A stretch of DNA of 64,000 bases from an uncultured Gammaproteobacteria bacterium (GTDB lineage: Bacteria; Patescibacteriota; Patescibacteriia; Magasanikbacterales; UBA922). Made by a program: the position numbers and the translations under genes. A model generated the notes under the pieces. The model searched no databases. It was not told where the DNA came from and was given only the letters and a program-made list of their open reading frames with translations. Shown here in pieces: positions 8,828 to 18,032 of this stretch (the stretch's first letter is position 1; every line of letters begins with the position of its first letter). The stretch covers positions 72 to 64,071 of the forward strand of contig CAZQHU010000004.1 of assembly GCA_964592785.1 (NCBI GenBank). The letters run 5' to 3'.

Positions 8828-11128
8828 ATGAGTAAAACTCTGGTAATTGTAGAATCTCCTACTAAAGCCAAAACTATAAGTAAATTCCTTGGTAAAGACT
8901 ACGCTGTAGAGTCTTCTTTTGGTCATGTTCGCGATCTACCCAAGAGCAAAATGGGCATAGATATAGAAGGTGGTACTTTCTTGCCCCAATATATTGTTTC
9001 CAAAGAAAAACAAAAGCAAGTAGCAACACTAAAAAAAGCTGCCAATAAAAAAGAAATCATCTTCGCTACTGACGAGGACCGCGAAGGTGAGGCTATTTCT
9101 TGGCATTTGGCAAACCTGCTAGATGTTGACCCCAAAAAAGCCAAACGTATAGTCTTTCACGAAATCACCAAAAGTGCTATTGAAGAAGCGTTGTCTAACC
9201 CTCGCTCAATTGATTTAAAATTGGTTGATGCCCAACAAGCCCGCCGTATCTTGGATAGATTGGTTGGCTATGAACTTTCTCCATTACTTTGGAAAAAAGT
9301 CGCTCGCGGACTTTCAGCCGGACGGGTGCAGTCTGTAGCTGTCAGATTGATTGTGGAAAGGGAAAGGGAAAGAATCGCTTTCAATTCAGAAGAATATTGG
9401 AGTCTCGAAGGAATATTTAACAAACAAAATAATCCACAAAATTTCAAAGCCCAACTACAGGCCATTAACGATAAAAAACTTGATAAACTGGATTTAAAAG
9501 ACAAAGAACAGGTTGAAGAAATTTTAAAAAATTTAGAAAAAGCTGAATACCAAATTAGCGATCTCAAGAAGTCAGAGACCAGACGTACTCCCCCACCACC
9601 CTTTACCACTTCTACTCTACAACAAAATGCTAGTAATCGTTTCGGATTTTCTGCCAAACAAACAATGGTTTTGGCACAACAACTTTATGAAGGTGTGGAA
9701 CTTGGTAGTGAAGGTTCCATCGGTCTAATTACCTACATGCGTACTGATTCAGTAAATCTGTCTGCCAAATTTCTTTCCGAAGCCAAAGAATTGATTAACA
9801 AAGAATTTGGTTCAAAATATAATCTAGAAAAACCTCGCTATTACGCCAACAAATCCAAAGGCGCTCAAGAAGCCCATGAAGCTATTCGTCCAGCCGATGT
9901 CTTTCGCACTCCAGAATCAGTAAAAGATTACTTATCACCTCAACAATACAAGCTCTATTCTCTGATTTGGAACCGAGCTGTTGCCACTCAAATGGCCGAA
10001 GCCAGATTAAATAAAACCACAATTGATATTCAAAATTCTTTAAACTCCGAACTCCGAACTCCGAACAATCTCTACACTTTCCGTGCCAATGGCCAAACTA
10101 TGATTTTTGATGGTTGGCTCAAGCTTTTCCCCGGCATGCTCAGTGAAGAAATACTGCCAGAATTAAAAATAAATGATAAATTGGAATGCCAAGAACTAAA
10201 ACCAGAACAACATTTTACCGAACCGCCAGCTCGTTATTCTGATGCTACTTTGGTCAAATCTTTGGAAGAATATGGCATCGGCCGTCCTTCCACCTATGCT
10301 CCGACTATCGCTACTATTGAAGATCGTGGCTACGTAGAACGGGATGAAAACAAAAAATTATTCCCCAAAAAAATCGCTTTTATTGTCAATGATTTATTAG
10401 TGGAACACTTCCCGCAAATTGTTGATTATAAATTCACAGCCCAAATGGAAGAAAATCTTGATGATATTGCCGAAGGCAAAAAAGATTGGCAACCAATCAT
10501 TGCCACTTTTTACTCACCTTTCCATGAATTAATTGAACAAAAAACTACTGCCATATCCAAGTCTGAAACTACTGGTCAACGCGAGCTGGGGCTTGACCCC
10601 AAAACCGGCAAAAAGGTTTCAGTAAGAATTGGACGTTATGGGGCTTTCGCCCAATTAGGCGACAAAGACGATGAAGAAAAACCTAAATTTGCCAAACTTA
10701 AAAAAGGCCAAAATCTGGACACCGTTACACTGGAAGAAATTCTACCACTTTTTGAATTGCCAAAAATCTTGGGAAAAAATGAAAATGGCGAAGAAGTCAC
10801 TGTTGCTATTGGCCGTTTTGGACCCTATGTAAAAATTGGGACTAACAATTTTTCTATCAAAGGCCATGATCCATATGCTATTACTCTAACTGAAGTACTG
10901 GAAATTACCAAAGAACAAGCAGAAAAAAAAGCCAGCGCTGAAATAAAAACTTTTCCTGATTCAGAGATTAAAATTTTAAATGGCAAATACGGACCTTATA
11001 TCACTGACGGAAAAAAGAATGCCAAAATTCCTACTGATAAGGAGCCGGCGGAACTAACTCTATCTGAATGTGAAGAACTAATAAAAAACGCTCCGATGAG
11101 AAAAAAAAGGTTTTACAAGAAAAAATAA
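8828..11128 (+). CDS. topA: DNA topoisomerase I with Topo_C repeats
   Basis: LVIVESPTKAKTI, ATDEDREGEAI, SAGRVQS, ITYMRTDS, GIGRPSTYA; C-terminal GRYG/GRFGPY repeats. Confidence 0.97.
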   Translation: MSKTLVIVESPTKAKTISKFLGKDYAVESSFGHVRDLPKSKMGIDIEGGTFLPQYIVSKEKQKQVATLKKAANKKEIIFATDEDREGEAISWHLANLLDVDPKKAKRIVFHEITKSAIEEALSNPRSIDLKLVDAQQARRILDRLVGYELSPLLWKKVARGLSAGRVQSVAVRLIVERERERIAFNSEEYWSLEGIFNKQNNPQNFKAQLQAINDKKLDKLDLKDKEQVEEILKNLEKAEYQISDLKKSETRRTPPPPFTTSTLQQNASNRFGFSAKQTMVLAQQLYEGVELGSEGSIGLITYMRTDSVNLSAKFLSEAKELINKEFGSKYNLEKPRYYANKSKGAQEAHEAIRPADVFRTPESVKDYLSPQQYKLYSLIWNRAVATQMAEARLNKTTIDIQNSLNSELRTPNNLYTFRANGQTMIFDGWLKLFPGMLSEEILPELKINDKLECQELKPEQHFTEPPARYSDATLVKSLEEYGIGRPSTYAPTIATIEDRGYVERDENKKLFPKKIAFIVNDLLVEHFPQIVDYKFTAQMEENLDDIAEGKKDWQPIIATFYSPFHELIEQKTTAISKSETTGQRELGLDPKTGKKVSVRIGRYGAFAQLGDKDDEEKPKFAKLKKGQNLDTVTLEEILPLFELPKILGKNENGEEVTVAIGRFGPYVKIGTNNFSIKGHDPYAITLTEVLEITKEQAEKKASAEIKTFPDSEIKILNGKYGPYITDGKKNAKIPTDKEPAELTLSECEELIKNAPMRKKRFYKKK

Positions 11129-11140
11129 ACGTCCTCAAAA

Positions 11141-11173
11141 CATTAAAATCCCGATTTTATCGGGATTTTAATG
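11141..11173. terminator. Bidirectional terminator
   Basis: Perfect inverted repeat CATTAAAATCCCGAT-TTT-ATCGGGATTTTAATG. Confidence 0.8.
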
Positions 11174-11234
11174 TAGCGGCGAGGAGGTAGCCTCAACGCC
11201 AATTGGTGATACTAAGGCTCTCTTACCGCTACAG
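11172..11234 (-). ncRNA. Candidate rod-shaped small RNA (RNA-1)
   Basis: Extended -10 TGTTAGAAT (11239-11247); hairpin whose G-U pairs form only on the minus strand; terminator follows. Confidence 0.45.
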
Positions 11235-11256
11235 AATTATTCTAACATAACCTTAA

Positions 11257-11333
11257 CAAAAAGAAAACCCCCGTCTTTTGAACTGGAGTTTTCTTTAGGC
11301 TTTAAAGTTACCTAAACCTTAGTATCACTGGTC
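11257..11333 (-). ncRNA. Candidate small RNA (RNA-2) with 5' end complementary to RNA-1
   Basis: TTGACA(11359-11364)-17-TATACT(11336-11341); own terminator at about 11258-11296; no ORF. Confidence 0.45.
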
Positions 11334-11439
11334 TAAGTATAGCAAAAAATATTAACTTTGTCAAGTTTTTTTATGTTTAATTGACTTATCCGCTTGCAAA
11401 AATGGCTAAAATATAGTAAAAATATAATAAGTGCTTTTT

Positions 11440-12927
11440 ATGACCAAAAAACCAACTATAGACAATTTACTGAAGAAAATAGAAGAATACGCTCCCCAAG
11501 CCGATTTGAATTTAATCCAGCTTGTTTATGATTTTGCTGAAGAAGCCCACAAAGGTCAACTTCGTAAATCTGGTGAACCCTATATCAACCATCCTTTGGC
11601 GACAGCTCATATTTTGGCTGACATGCGCATTGACCCGGTGATTATCTGCGCTGCGCTTTTGCATGATGTACCAGAGGACACATCTATTACTTTGGAAGAA
11701 ATCAAAAAAAACTTTGGTAGTGAAATTGCTTCTCTGGTTGAAGGTATCACCAAACTTGGTAAATTGAAGTATCGCGGTGTAGAACGTTATATAGAAAATT
11801 TACGAAAAATGTTTATTGCCATGGCCGAAGATATCCGAGTAATGATCCTCAAATTTGCCGATCGTATTCATAATTTACAAACTCTGGATGCTCTACCCCC
11901 TCAAAAACAATATCGAATCGCTTTGGAAAGTTTGGAAATTTACTCAGCCATCGCCAACCGGCTAGGTATGGGTGAAGTAAAAGGCATGTTGGAAGATCTT
12001 TCTTTCAAATACATTTATCCCAAAGAATACGCCGAAACCAAAAAAATTCAAGATGAAAAACTCAAAGACAAAAAACAATTGCTAGAAAAAATACAAAAAA
12101 TGGCTGAGGAAGGGCTAACTGATTCTGGAATTCCAGTTATTTCTCTGCATGGAAGAAGCAAAAGATTATATAGTCTTTATCAAAAATTACAAAGAAAAGA
12201 AAATGACATCACCAAAATCTATGATCTAGTGGCTATTCGCATACTGGTCCCAACTATTGCCGACTGTTATGCTTCGCTCGGTATCCTCCACAAGATTTGG
12301 AAACCGCTCAAAGGACGGATCAAAGACTATATTGCTCAACCCAAACCCAATGGTTATCAATCTCTTCATACCACGGTCTTTGTGGGAGAAGGTGAAGTGG
12401 TGGAATTTCAAATTCGTACCGCTGATATGCACGAAGAAGCAGAATATGGTGCAGCGGCTCACTGGCACTATGATGAGCATGGCTCGCGTTTACCTGCAAA
12501 AGAAATAAAATGGGTCAAAGAATTGGCCAATATTCAACGTGATTTTTTGAGTCGATTGTCTGATTTAGAAGTTATAAAAGTAGATTTTTTGGAAAGTAGA
12601 ATTTTTGTTTTTACGCCTCGTGGTGATGTGATCGATCTCCCCGAAAATGCCACCCCTATAGATTTTGCTTACCACATTCACACTAATATTGGTGATAAGT
12701 GCGGTGGCGCCCTGATCAATGATCAAATGATGAGTCTAGATACCAGTTTAAAAAATGGCGATGTAGTAGAAATCATCACTGACAAAAATCGCAAAGGACC
12801 AAGTCCAGATTGGCTGAAATTTGTGAAAACTCATACTGCCAAAAATCATATAAACAACTACATCAAAAACCAACATCATTCACAAATTTCCAATTGGTTC
12901 AAATACATTAACCCCAAAAAAGAATAA
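11440..12927 (+). CDS. rel: (p)ppGpp synthetase/hydrolase Rel, short form (HD, SYNTH, TGS)
   Basis: HKGQLRKSGEPYINHP, LLHDVPED, KFADRIHN, YIAQPKPNGYQSLHT, EFQIRT, TPIDFAYHIH. Confidence 0.95.
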   Translation: MTKKPTIDNLLKKIEEYAPQADLNLIQLVYDFAEEAHKGQLRKSGEPYINHPLATAHILADMRIDPVIICAALLHDVPEDTSITLEEIKKNFGSEIASLVEGITKLGKLKYRGVERYIENLRKMFIAMAEDIRVMILKFADRIHNLQTLDALPPQKQYRIALESLEIYSAIANRLGMGEVKGMLEDLSFKYIYPKEYAETKKIQDEKLKDKKQLLEKIQKMAEEGLTDSGIPVISLHGRSKRLYSLYQKLQRKENDITKIYDLVAIRILVPTIADCYASLGILHKIWKPLKGRIKDYIAQPKPNGYQSLHTTVFVGEGEVVEFQIRTADMHEEAEYGAAAHWHYDEHGSRLPAKEIKWVKELANIQRDFLSRLSDLEVIKVDFLESRIFVFTPRGDVIDLPENATPIDFAYHIHTNIGDKCGGALINDQMMSLDTSLKNGDVVEIITDKNRKGPSPDWLKFVKTHTAKNHINNYIKNQHHSQISNWFKYINPKKE

Positions 12928-13010
12928 AAAAACCAGGTTTTGTAAAAACTCCACCTGGTAAAATAAATTTTTAATAAAACCGATAATCCAAACTGGGATA
13001 AATCGGTTTT

Positions 13011-13862
13011 TTAGGTAAGTTCGGACAATAAACGTCGAAACTCTTCACGAGAGTAATATTCAATTTCAATTTTTCCTCTCTCCCCTTTTTGACTAATGAA
13101 GACCTTGGTCCCCAAACGCTCTTCCAAAAGTTTTTCTGCTGCCAAAAGATTGGGGTCACGACGCACAGAACCTTTTAATGAACTTGCTGGCTTACGAGCT
13201 ATATTTTGTGTCAAATCACGAACTGTCATTTTCTCGCCCTGCATACTAGCAAACATTTCCAACTGTTCTTTTTCATTTTTTAAAGACAATAATGCCTTAG
13301 CCTGTCCCACATTTATTTTTCCATCAGCCAAAGCTTTTTGTACCAGCTCTGGCAAATCCAAAAGACGAACCATATTGGCCACCGTCGGCCTCCCCTTACC
13401 CACCTTTTTGGCCACTTCTTCTTGGGTCAAATTGAATTCATCCAAAAGTCTTTGATAAGCAAAAGCTTCTTCAATAGGATTCAAATTTTGTCTTTGGATA
13501 TTCTCAATCAAGGCAATTTCTAATTTTTCCTGTTGAGTGGCACTTCTGACAATCGCCGGGATATTTTCCAAACCAGCTATTTGCGAAGCCCGAAAACGTC
13601 GTTCGCCGACAATCAGTTCATAACCACCTTCAGATCTTTCGGTAACGACTACCGGTTGAATCACCCCATGTTCTTTTATGGAAGCCACTAGATCTTCCAA
13701 TTCTTGATGTGAAAATTCCTGGCGTGGTTGTTCAGGATTGGGAGTAATTTCTGAAAGAGGAATCTGCCAAATTCGGTGGTTATCCAAAATTCCAGTTTCT
13801 TTACGAATTATTTTGCGACTGGTTTGTGGAAGAAGAGAATTTAAACCTTTGCCTAGAGCCAT
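13011..13862 (-). CDS. parB: Chromosome partitioning protein ParB
   Basis: LGKGL, PNPEQPR, IVGERRFRA, ENIQRQNLNPIEEA, HTH. Confidence 0.96.
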   Translation of the reverse strand: MALGKGLNSLLPQTSRKIIRKETGILDNHRIWQIPLSEITPNPEQPRQEFSHQELEDLVASIKEHGVIQPVVVTERSEGGYELIVGERRFRASQIAGLENIPAIVRSATQQEKLEIALIENIQRQNLNPIEEAFAYQRLLDEFNLTQEEVAKKVGKGRPTVANMVRLLDLPELVQKALADGKINVGQAKALLSLKNEKEQLEMFASMQGEKMTVRDLTQNIARKPASSLKGSVRRDPNLLAAEKLLEERLGTKVFISQKGERGKIEIEYYSREEFRRLLSELT

Positions 13863-13863
13863 A

Positions 13864-14637
13864 TTAAAAATTATGATTATGTTTATCTAAAATTTCTTTG
13901 GTCAATCGTTCATAAGCGCTAGCTCCCTTACCTCCCGGTTCATAATGAAAAATTGATTTACCAAAACTAGGAGCCTCGGCCAAACGTACAGTGCGTGGAA
14001 TCACACTGCGAAAAATAGTATCGGGAAAATATTGATAGAGCTCATTCATAATATCTTCAGAAAGTCGAGTACGTTTATCAAACATGGTGATCACTGCTCC
14101 CAAGATTTTTAATTCTGGTTTAACATGAGTTTGAATCAAATTGATAGTTTGTAATAATTGACCCAATCCTTCCAAAGCATAATATTCTGCCTGAACAGGA
14201 ATCAATAATTCATCGGCTGCCACCAAACTATTTACAGTCAAAAGACCAAGAGAGGGAGGACAATCAACCACTACGTAATCATAAGCGTGTTTGATCTCAG
14301 AAAGTAAATCCGAAAGCTGATGTTCACGGCGCTCCACATCCACCAGCTCAATATTGGCCCCGGCCAAATTGGCAGTAGCAGGAGCTACCCGCAAACCTTG
14401 ATGAGCAGTATTCCTTACTACATCATGAAAACGTCTTTGTTTGGCCAAAGCTTCATAAATCCCATATTCTACTTTGTCCCGACCCAAACCAAGACCACTA
14501 GAAGCATTACCCTGTGGATCCATATCCACCAAGAGCACGAACTTGCCCATTTCAGCCAAAAAAGCCGCCAAATTGATCGCTGTGGTGGTCTTACCTACTC
14601 CTCCTTTTTGATTAACAACAGAAATTATTTTTGTCAT
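13864..14637 (-). CDS. parA: ParA/Soj ATPase
   Basis: NQKGGVGKTTT, DMDPQGNA, DCPPSLG, LAEAPSFG. Confidence 0.96.
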   Translation of the reverse strand: MTKIISVVNQKGGVGKTTTAINLAAFLAEMGKFVLLVDMDPQGNASSGLGLGRDKVEYGIYEALAKQRRFHDVVRNTAHQGLRVAPATANLAGANIELVDVERREHQLSDLLSEIKHAYDYVVVDCPPSLGLLTVNSLVAADELLIPVQAEYYALEGLGQLLQTINLIQTHVKPELKILGAVITMFDKRTRLSEDIMNELYQYFPDTIFRSVIPRTVRLAEAPSFGKSIFHYEPGGKGASAYERLTKEILDKHNHNF

Positions 14638-14701
14638 GCAAGTATTATAACAAATATTGACAAAAAAAAGAATATTCTATATAATATACCCACTTTTTAA
14701 T

Positions 14702-14786
14702 GCCGCTGTGGTGGAACTGGTAGACACGCACGACTCAAAATCGTGTGCCGTAAGGCATGTCGGTTCAAGTCCGACCAGCGGTACCA
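14702..14786 (+). tRNA. tRNA-Leu(CAA)
   Basis: Cloverleaf CACGA-CT-CAA-AA-TCGTG, long variable arm, CCA end. Confidence 0.96.
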
Positions 14787-14843
14787 GAAGCCCTAATTAA
14801 AATCAAAGGGCAATACCATAAAAAATCTCCATTCAGGAGATTT

Positions 14844-15323
14844 TTATTTTGCCAATAACCAACGTAAAGAACTGCCAGCAAACAAAGTAATGCCCGTAAC
14901 TATCAAAGCTGCCAACAAAATTCCTCCAAAAATTGCTGGCCAAGATTTTTTGAAAGGAATATTAAAAACAAAAGCTGCCAAAGATCCTGTCCAAGCTCCA
15001 GTGATTGGCAAAGGAATACCCACAAAAATCACCAAACCTAAGAGTCCCCAACGAGCAAAATTACCTTTAAATTTTTTTTCTGCTCTTTCCAAAAAATGAG
15101 TAAAAATTCTTCCTAAAATTTTCTTTTCAACCAACCAATCGTGTAATTTGGGAATGATTAATAAAATAAAAGTTGGTGGAACTAAATTTCCCAATACTGA
15201 CCAAAAAACCGCCGACATAAGCGGTAGTTTATAAACCTCCAACGCCAAAGGAATCGCTGCTCGCAATTCACCAATCGGCGTCATAGCAATTAAAAAAACA
15301 GAAAGTTCACTGGAGAAATTCAT
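14844..15323 (-). CDS. COG2426 / small multidrug-export family membrane protein
   Basis: MTPIGELRAAIP, FVGIPLPITGAWTG. Confidence 0.85.
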   Translation of the reverse strand: MNFSSELSVFLIAMTPIGELRAAIPLALEVYKLPLMSAVFWSVLGNLVPPTFILLIIPKLHDWLVEKKILGRIFTHFLERAEKKFKGNFARWGLLGLVIFVGIPLPITGAWTGSLAAFVFNIPFKKSWPAIFGGILLAALIVTGITLFAGSSLRWLLAK

Positions 15324-15327
15324 AATT

Positions 15328-16341
15328 TTATTCTGGCCAAGAATAATTTGCAAAAACCCATTCTGCTATCTCTTTGGCTTCAGTAAAACGCGCTTCATGA
15401 GTGCTAGCACCCAAAATTACCAGATTAATTTTATGACCCCACTCATCAGCAACCTGCATGGTAAAATTATAACCCGAAGCTCCAATAAAGCCGGTTTTAC
15501 CCAATACTGATCCAGTAAAATTATTTGGCACCCAACCGAGCAACAACCAATTGGTATTCCAAAGATGATGCTGTTTTTTACGTTCTTTAGAATAAAGATT
15601 CAATTCTTTCAAAGCCAAAGTTTCACGAATTTTGTCATGACGCAGAGCTTCATTCAAAAGTATAACCACATCCGAAGCACTGGCAGAATCTTCACTTTCC
15701 AAACCAGTAGAATCCACAAAATAAGACTGACTCATTCCCAATTCCAAAGCTTTTTGATTCATTCTCTCCACAAAAGCATCTTCCGGCCACCCCAAAGCAT
15801 TACTCAAAGTCAAAATCGCTTTATTGGAAGACCCTACCAAAGCTGCTTGCCAAAGCTCCTCAAAACTATAAGTATCACCAGCGTACATATGAGTATCCAA
15901 AGAATCAGCGCCAATAACAGTGGTAGTAGCTGTCCAATCAGGATTTTTTTCCAAAATTACCAAAGCACTCAAAAGCTTGGTAATACTGGCAATTGGCCTC
16001 ACTGTGTACTCATTTTTACTCAGTAAAAGTGCACCAGTTTTTTGATCTTTGACCAAAATACTCAAAGCACTGAACTTGTCCAAGGACAGCATTTCTCCTT
16101 TAAGCTCAGGGAGTTGAGGTTTAACAACAGTTGGTGGTGGTAAATTTAAATCGCCACCATGTTCATTGGAAAAAACTAAGGGTTGAATAATTCTTTCTTT
16201 TACCAAATCTAACTTGGGTGAAGACCAATCTTTTTGACTGAAAAAAAACATAAACCCTGCTACAAACAACATCAAAATCGCAACTAACGAACGCCATTTA
16301 TTACCCTTATTATTAATGTTACTTTCCAAAAAATTTCCCAT
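15328..16341 (-). CDS. D-alanyl-D-alanine carboxypeptidase (peptidase S11)
   Basis: PIASITK (SxxK), SSN, KTG; N-terminal TM. Confidence 0.9.
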   Translation of the reverse strand: MGNFLESNINNKGNKWRSLVAILMLFVAGFMFFFSQKDWSSPKLDLVKERIIQPLVFSNEHGGDLNLPPPTVVKPQLPELKGEMLSLDKFSALSILVKDQKTGALLLSKNEYTVRPIASITKLLSALVILEKNPDWTATTTVIGADSLDTHMYAGDTYSFEELWQAALVGSSNKAILTLSNALGWPEDAFVERMNQKALELGMSQSYFVDSTGLESEDSASASDVVILLNEALRHDKIRETLALKELNLYSKERKKQHHLWNTNWLLLGWVPNNFTGSVLGKTGFIGASGYNFTMQVADEWGHKINLVILGASTHEARFTEAKEIAEWVFANYSWPE

Positions 16342-16342
16342 A

Positions 16343-16888
16343 TTAATCTTCTTTATTCTCTAAAGTTTTTTCTATAAATTCATGACTGTGCAACTCCTGA
16401 TAATTGGGTAATTCCTTTGGAGAAACTATACCCAAATGTCGTAAGGCCTCAAAAGATAATGAAAAAGTTGGTAATATTTTATTGATATTTTCTTCGCTTT
16501 CTTCGATCAAACCACGTAATAAAAGATTCCTCAAAATCAAAGCACAATTAACCCCCCGAATTTGTTCCAATTCTGGACGAGTGATTGGCCCACGATAAGC
16601 AATCACCGTCAAAGTTTCCAACTGAGCTTTGGTCAATTCACCACTTGCCTCTTCTTTGATAAATAATTCAACTACCTCAATATTTTCAGGATCTGTTGCC
16701 ATCTGTACTTGATTGTCAATTTGTAAAATTTTCAAACCAGAAGAGGGATTATTATATTTCAAAACCAATTCTCCAATAGCATTTTTCACCTCTTCTTCTT
16801 TTTGTTGCACAGCTTTGGCAATCTCACGATAAGAAAGTGGCTTGGAAGCCACAAACAATATTGATTCAATTTGTGAAACTAAATTCAT
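16343..16888 (-). CDS. scpB: SMC-Scp complex subunit ScpB
   Basis: IESILFVAS, LETLTVIAYRGPITRPELEQIRGVN. Confidence 0.95.
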   Translation of the reverse strand: MNLVSQIESILFVASKPLSYREIAKAVQQKEEEVKNAIGELVLKYNNPSSGLKILQIDNQVQMATDPENIEVVELFIKEEASGELTKAQLETLTVIAYRGPITRPELEQIRGVNCALILRNLLLRGLIEESEENINKILPTFSLSFEALRHLGIVSPKELPNYQELHSHEFIEKTLENKED

Positions 16889-16912
16889 AGTTACAATATA
16901 ATAACAAAAAAA

Positions 16913-17602
16913 TCAAAATTTTTCCACTTTTATATCTGTAAAAACTTTACTCTGTTTCAAAATTATTTCCCGATTCTTGACCAATTCCAGTAAAGCCAAA
17001 AAAGTAATAATCACTTCTGTACGGTTAGCTGTATTATTTAAAATTTCTGAAAAACTAAAGCTCTTGGTTTTTTTTAATAAACTGGAAATATTTTTTATTT
17101 TCTCTTCCAAAAGCACGGTTTTGTCAATACTGGTTTGAGGTAAGGGTTTGGGAGGTTGTAAACGATGCAATAATTTTCTTAAACTTTCTTCCAAAGCAGT
17201 AAAAGACAAATCTTTGGGAGGAACAAAAGTTTCTGGCCGACGCGGTGGTTCTATTCTAAAAATTGATTTTTTCTGGCTCAACCAACTATGATCCAATTTT
17301 TTGGCTGTCTCTACAAACATTTTATAAAGACGTAGCTGTTCTTCCAAACTCGGACTTTCTTCTTCCTCAGGAGCAAACTGGGGTAAAAGATTTTTTGATT
17401 TCAAAAGTAACAAACGAGCCGCTACTACCAAAAAATCTGCCAATTCCTCAGGATTTTTATTTTCAATTTTTTCCAAATAATTCAAAAACTGTTCAGTGAC
17501 AGCCGAAAGTGAAACCTCACTAATATTTAATTTCTCTTCATCAATTAGAGACAAAAGTAAATCTAGTGGTCCAGAAAATTGTTCCAGTTGAAAATCTTTC
17601 AT
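16913..17602 (-). CDS. scpA: Segregation and condensation protein ScpA
   Basis: FSGPLDLLL, FLVVAARLLLLKS, FLALLELVK. Confidence 0.95.
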   Translation of the reverse strand: MKDFQLEQFSGPLDLLLSLIDEEKLNISEVSLSAVTEQFLNYLEKIENKNPEELADFLVVAARLLLLKSKNLLPQFAPEEEESPSLEEQLRLYKMFVETAKKLDHSWLSQKKSIFRIEPPRRPETFVPPKDLSFTALEESLRKLLHRLQPPKPLPQTSIDKTVLLEEKIKNISSLLKKTKSFSFSEILNNTANRTEVIITFLALLELVKNREIILKQSKVFTDIKVEKF

Positions 17603-17612
17603 GTTTTTAAAT

Positions 17613-17675
17613 GTCATTCCTGCGAAAGCAGGAATCTAATACTACCAGCGAGACCCCTGCTTCCGCAGGGGTGAC
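17613..17675. repeat. REP-like doublet
   Basis: GTCATTCCTGCGAAAGCAGGAATCT ... AGACCCCTGCTTCCGCAGGGGTGAC. Confidence 0.8.
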
Positions 17676-17678
17676 ACA

Positions 17679-18026
17679 CTACTTTAGTGGCAACTTCGCT
17701 TGTCTCTCCTCAAGCAAATTTTGGCTAATCTTAGCTCCTTTTTTTGTTAAACTAATATGTGTTATGAACCATTTGTGGGGTGTTCTCTTGCCATATCCGG
17801 TAAGTAATTCTCGGTCAATCAGATGTTCCAAACTCTTGGTAATAATACTTTCCTGATATTTATCCTGAGCGACTCGCTCCGAGTCAAGCCGAGAGGAGCC
17901 GAAGGATTTATCTTTGGCTGGGTCAAAAACTTTATGATAAAAATTTCGAAATATTTTTCGATCAAGTTTGTTGCCTTTTTGCAAACACTCCAACAAGATA
18001 TACTTTTGGAGCGTGCTTAATTTCAT
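17679..18026 (-). CDS. Small winged-helix-like hypothetical protein with an in-frame palindromic insert
   Basis: LSTLQKYILL...ITKSLEHLIDRELL...LTKKG; insert at 17860-17906. Confidence 0.65.
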   Translation of the reverse strand: MKLSTLQKYILLECLQKGNKLDRKIFRNFYHKVFDPAKDKSFGSSRLDSERVAQDKYQESIITKSLEHLIDRELLTGYGKRTPHKWFITHISLTKKGAKISQNLLEERQAKLPLK

Positions 18027-18032
18027 ATCAAA

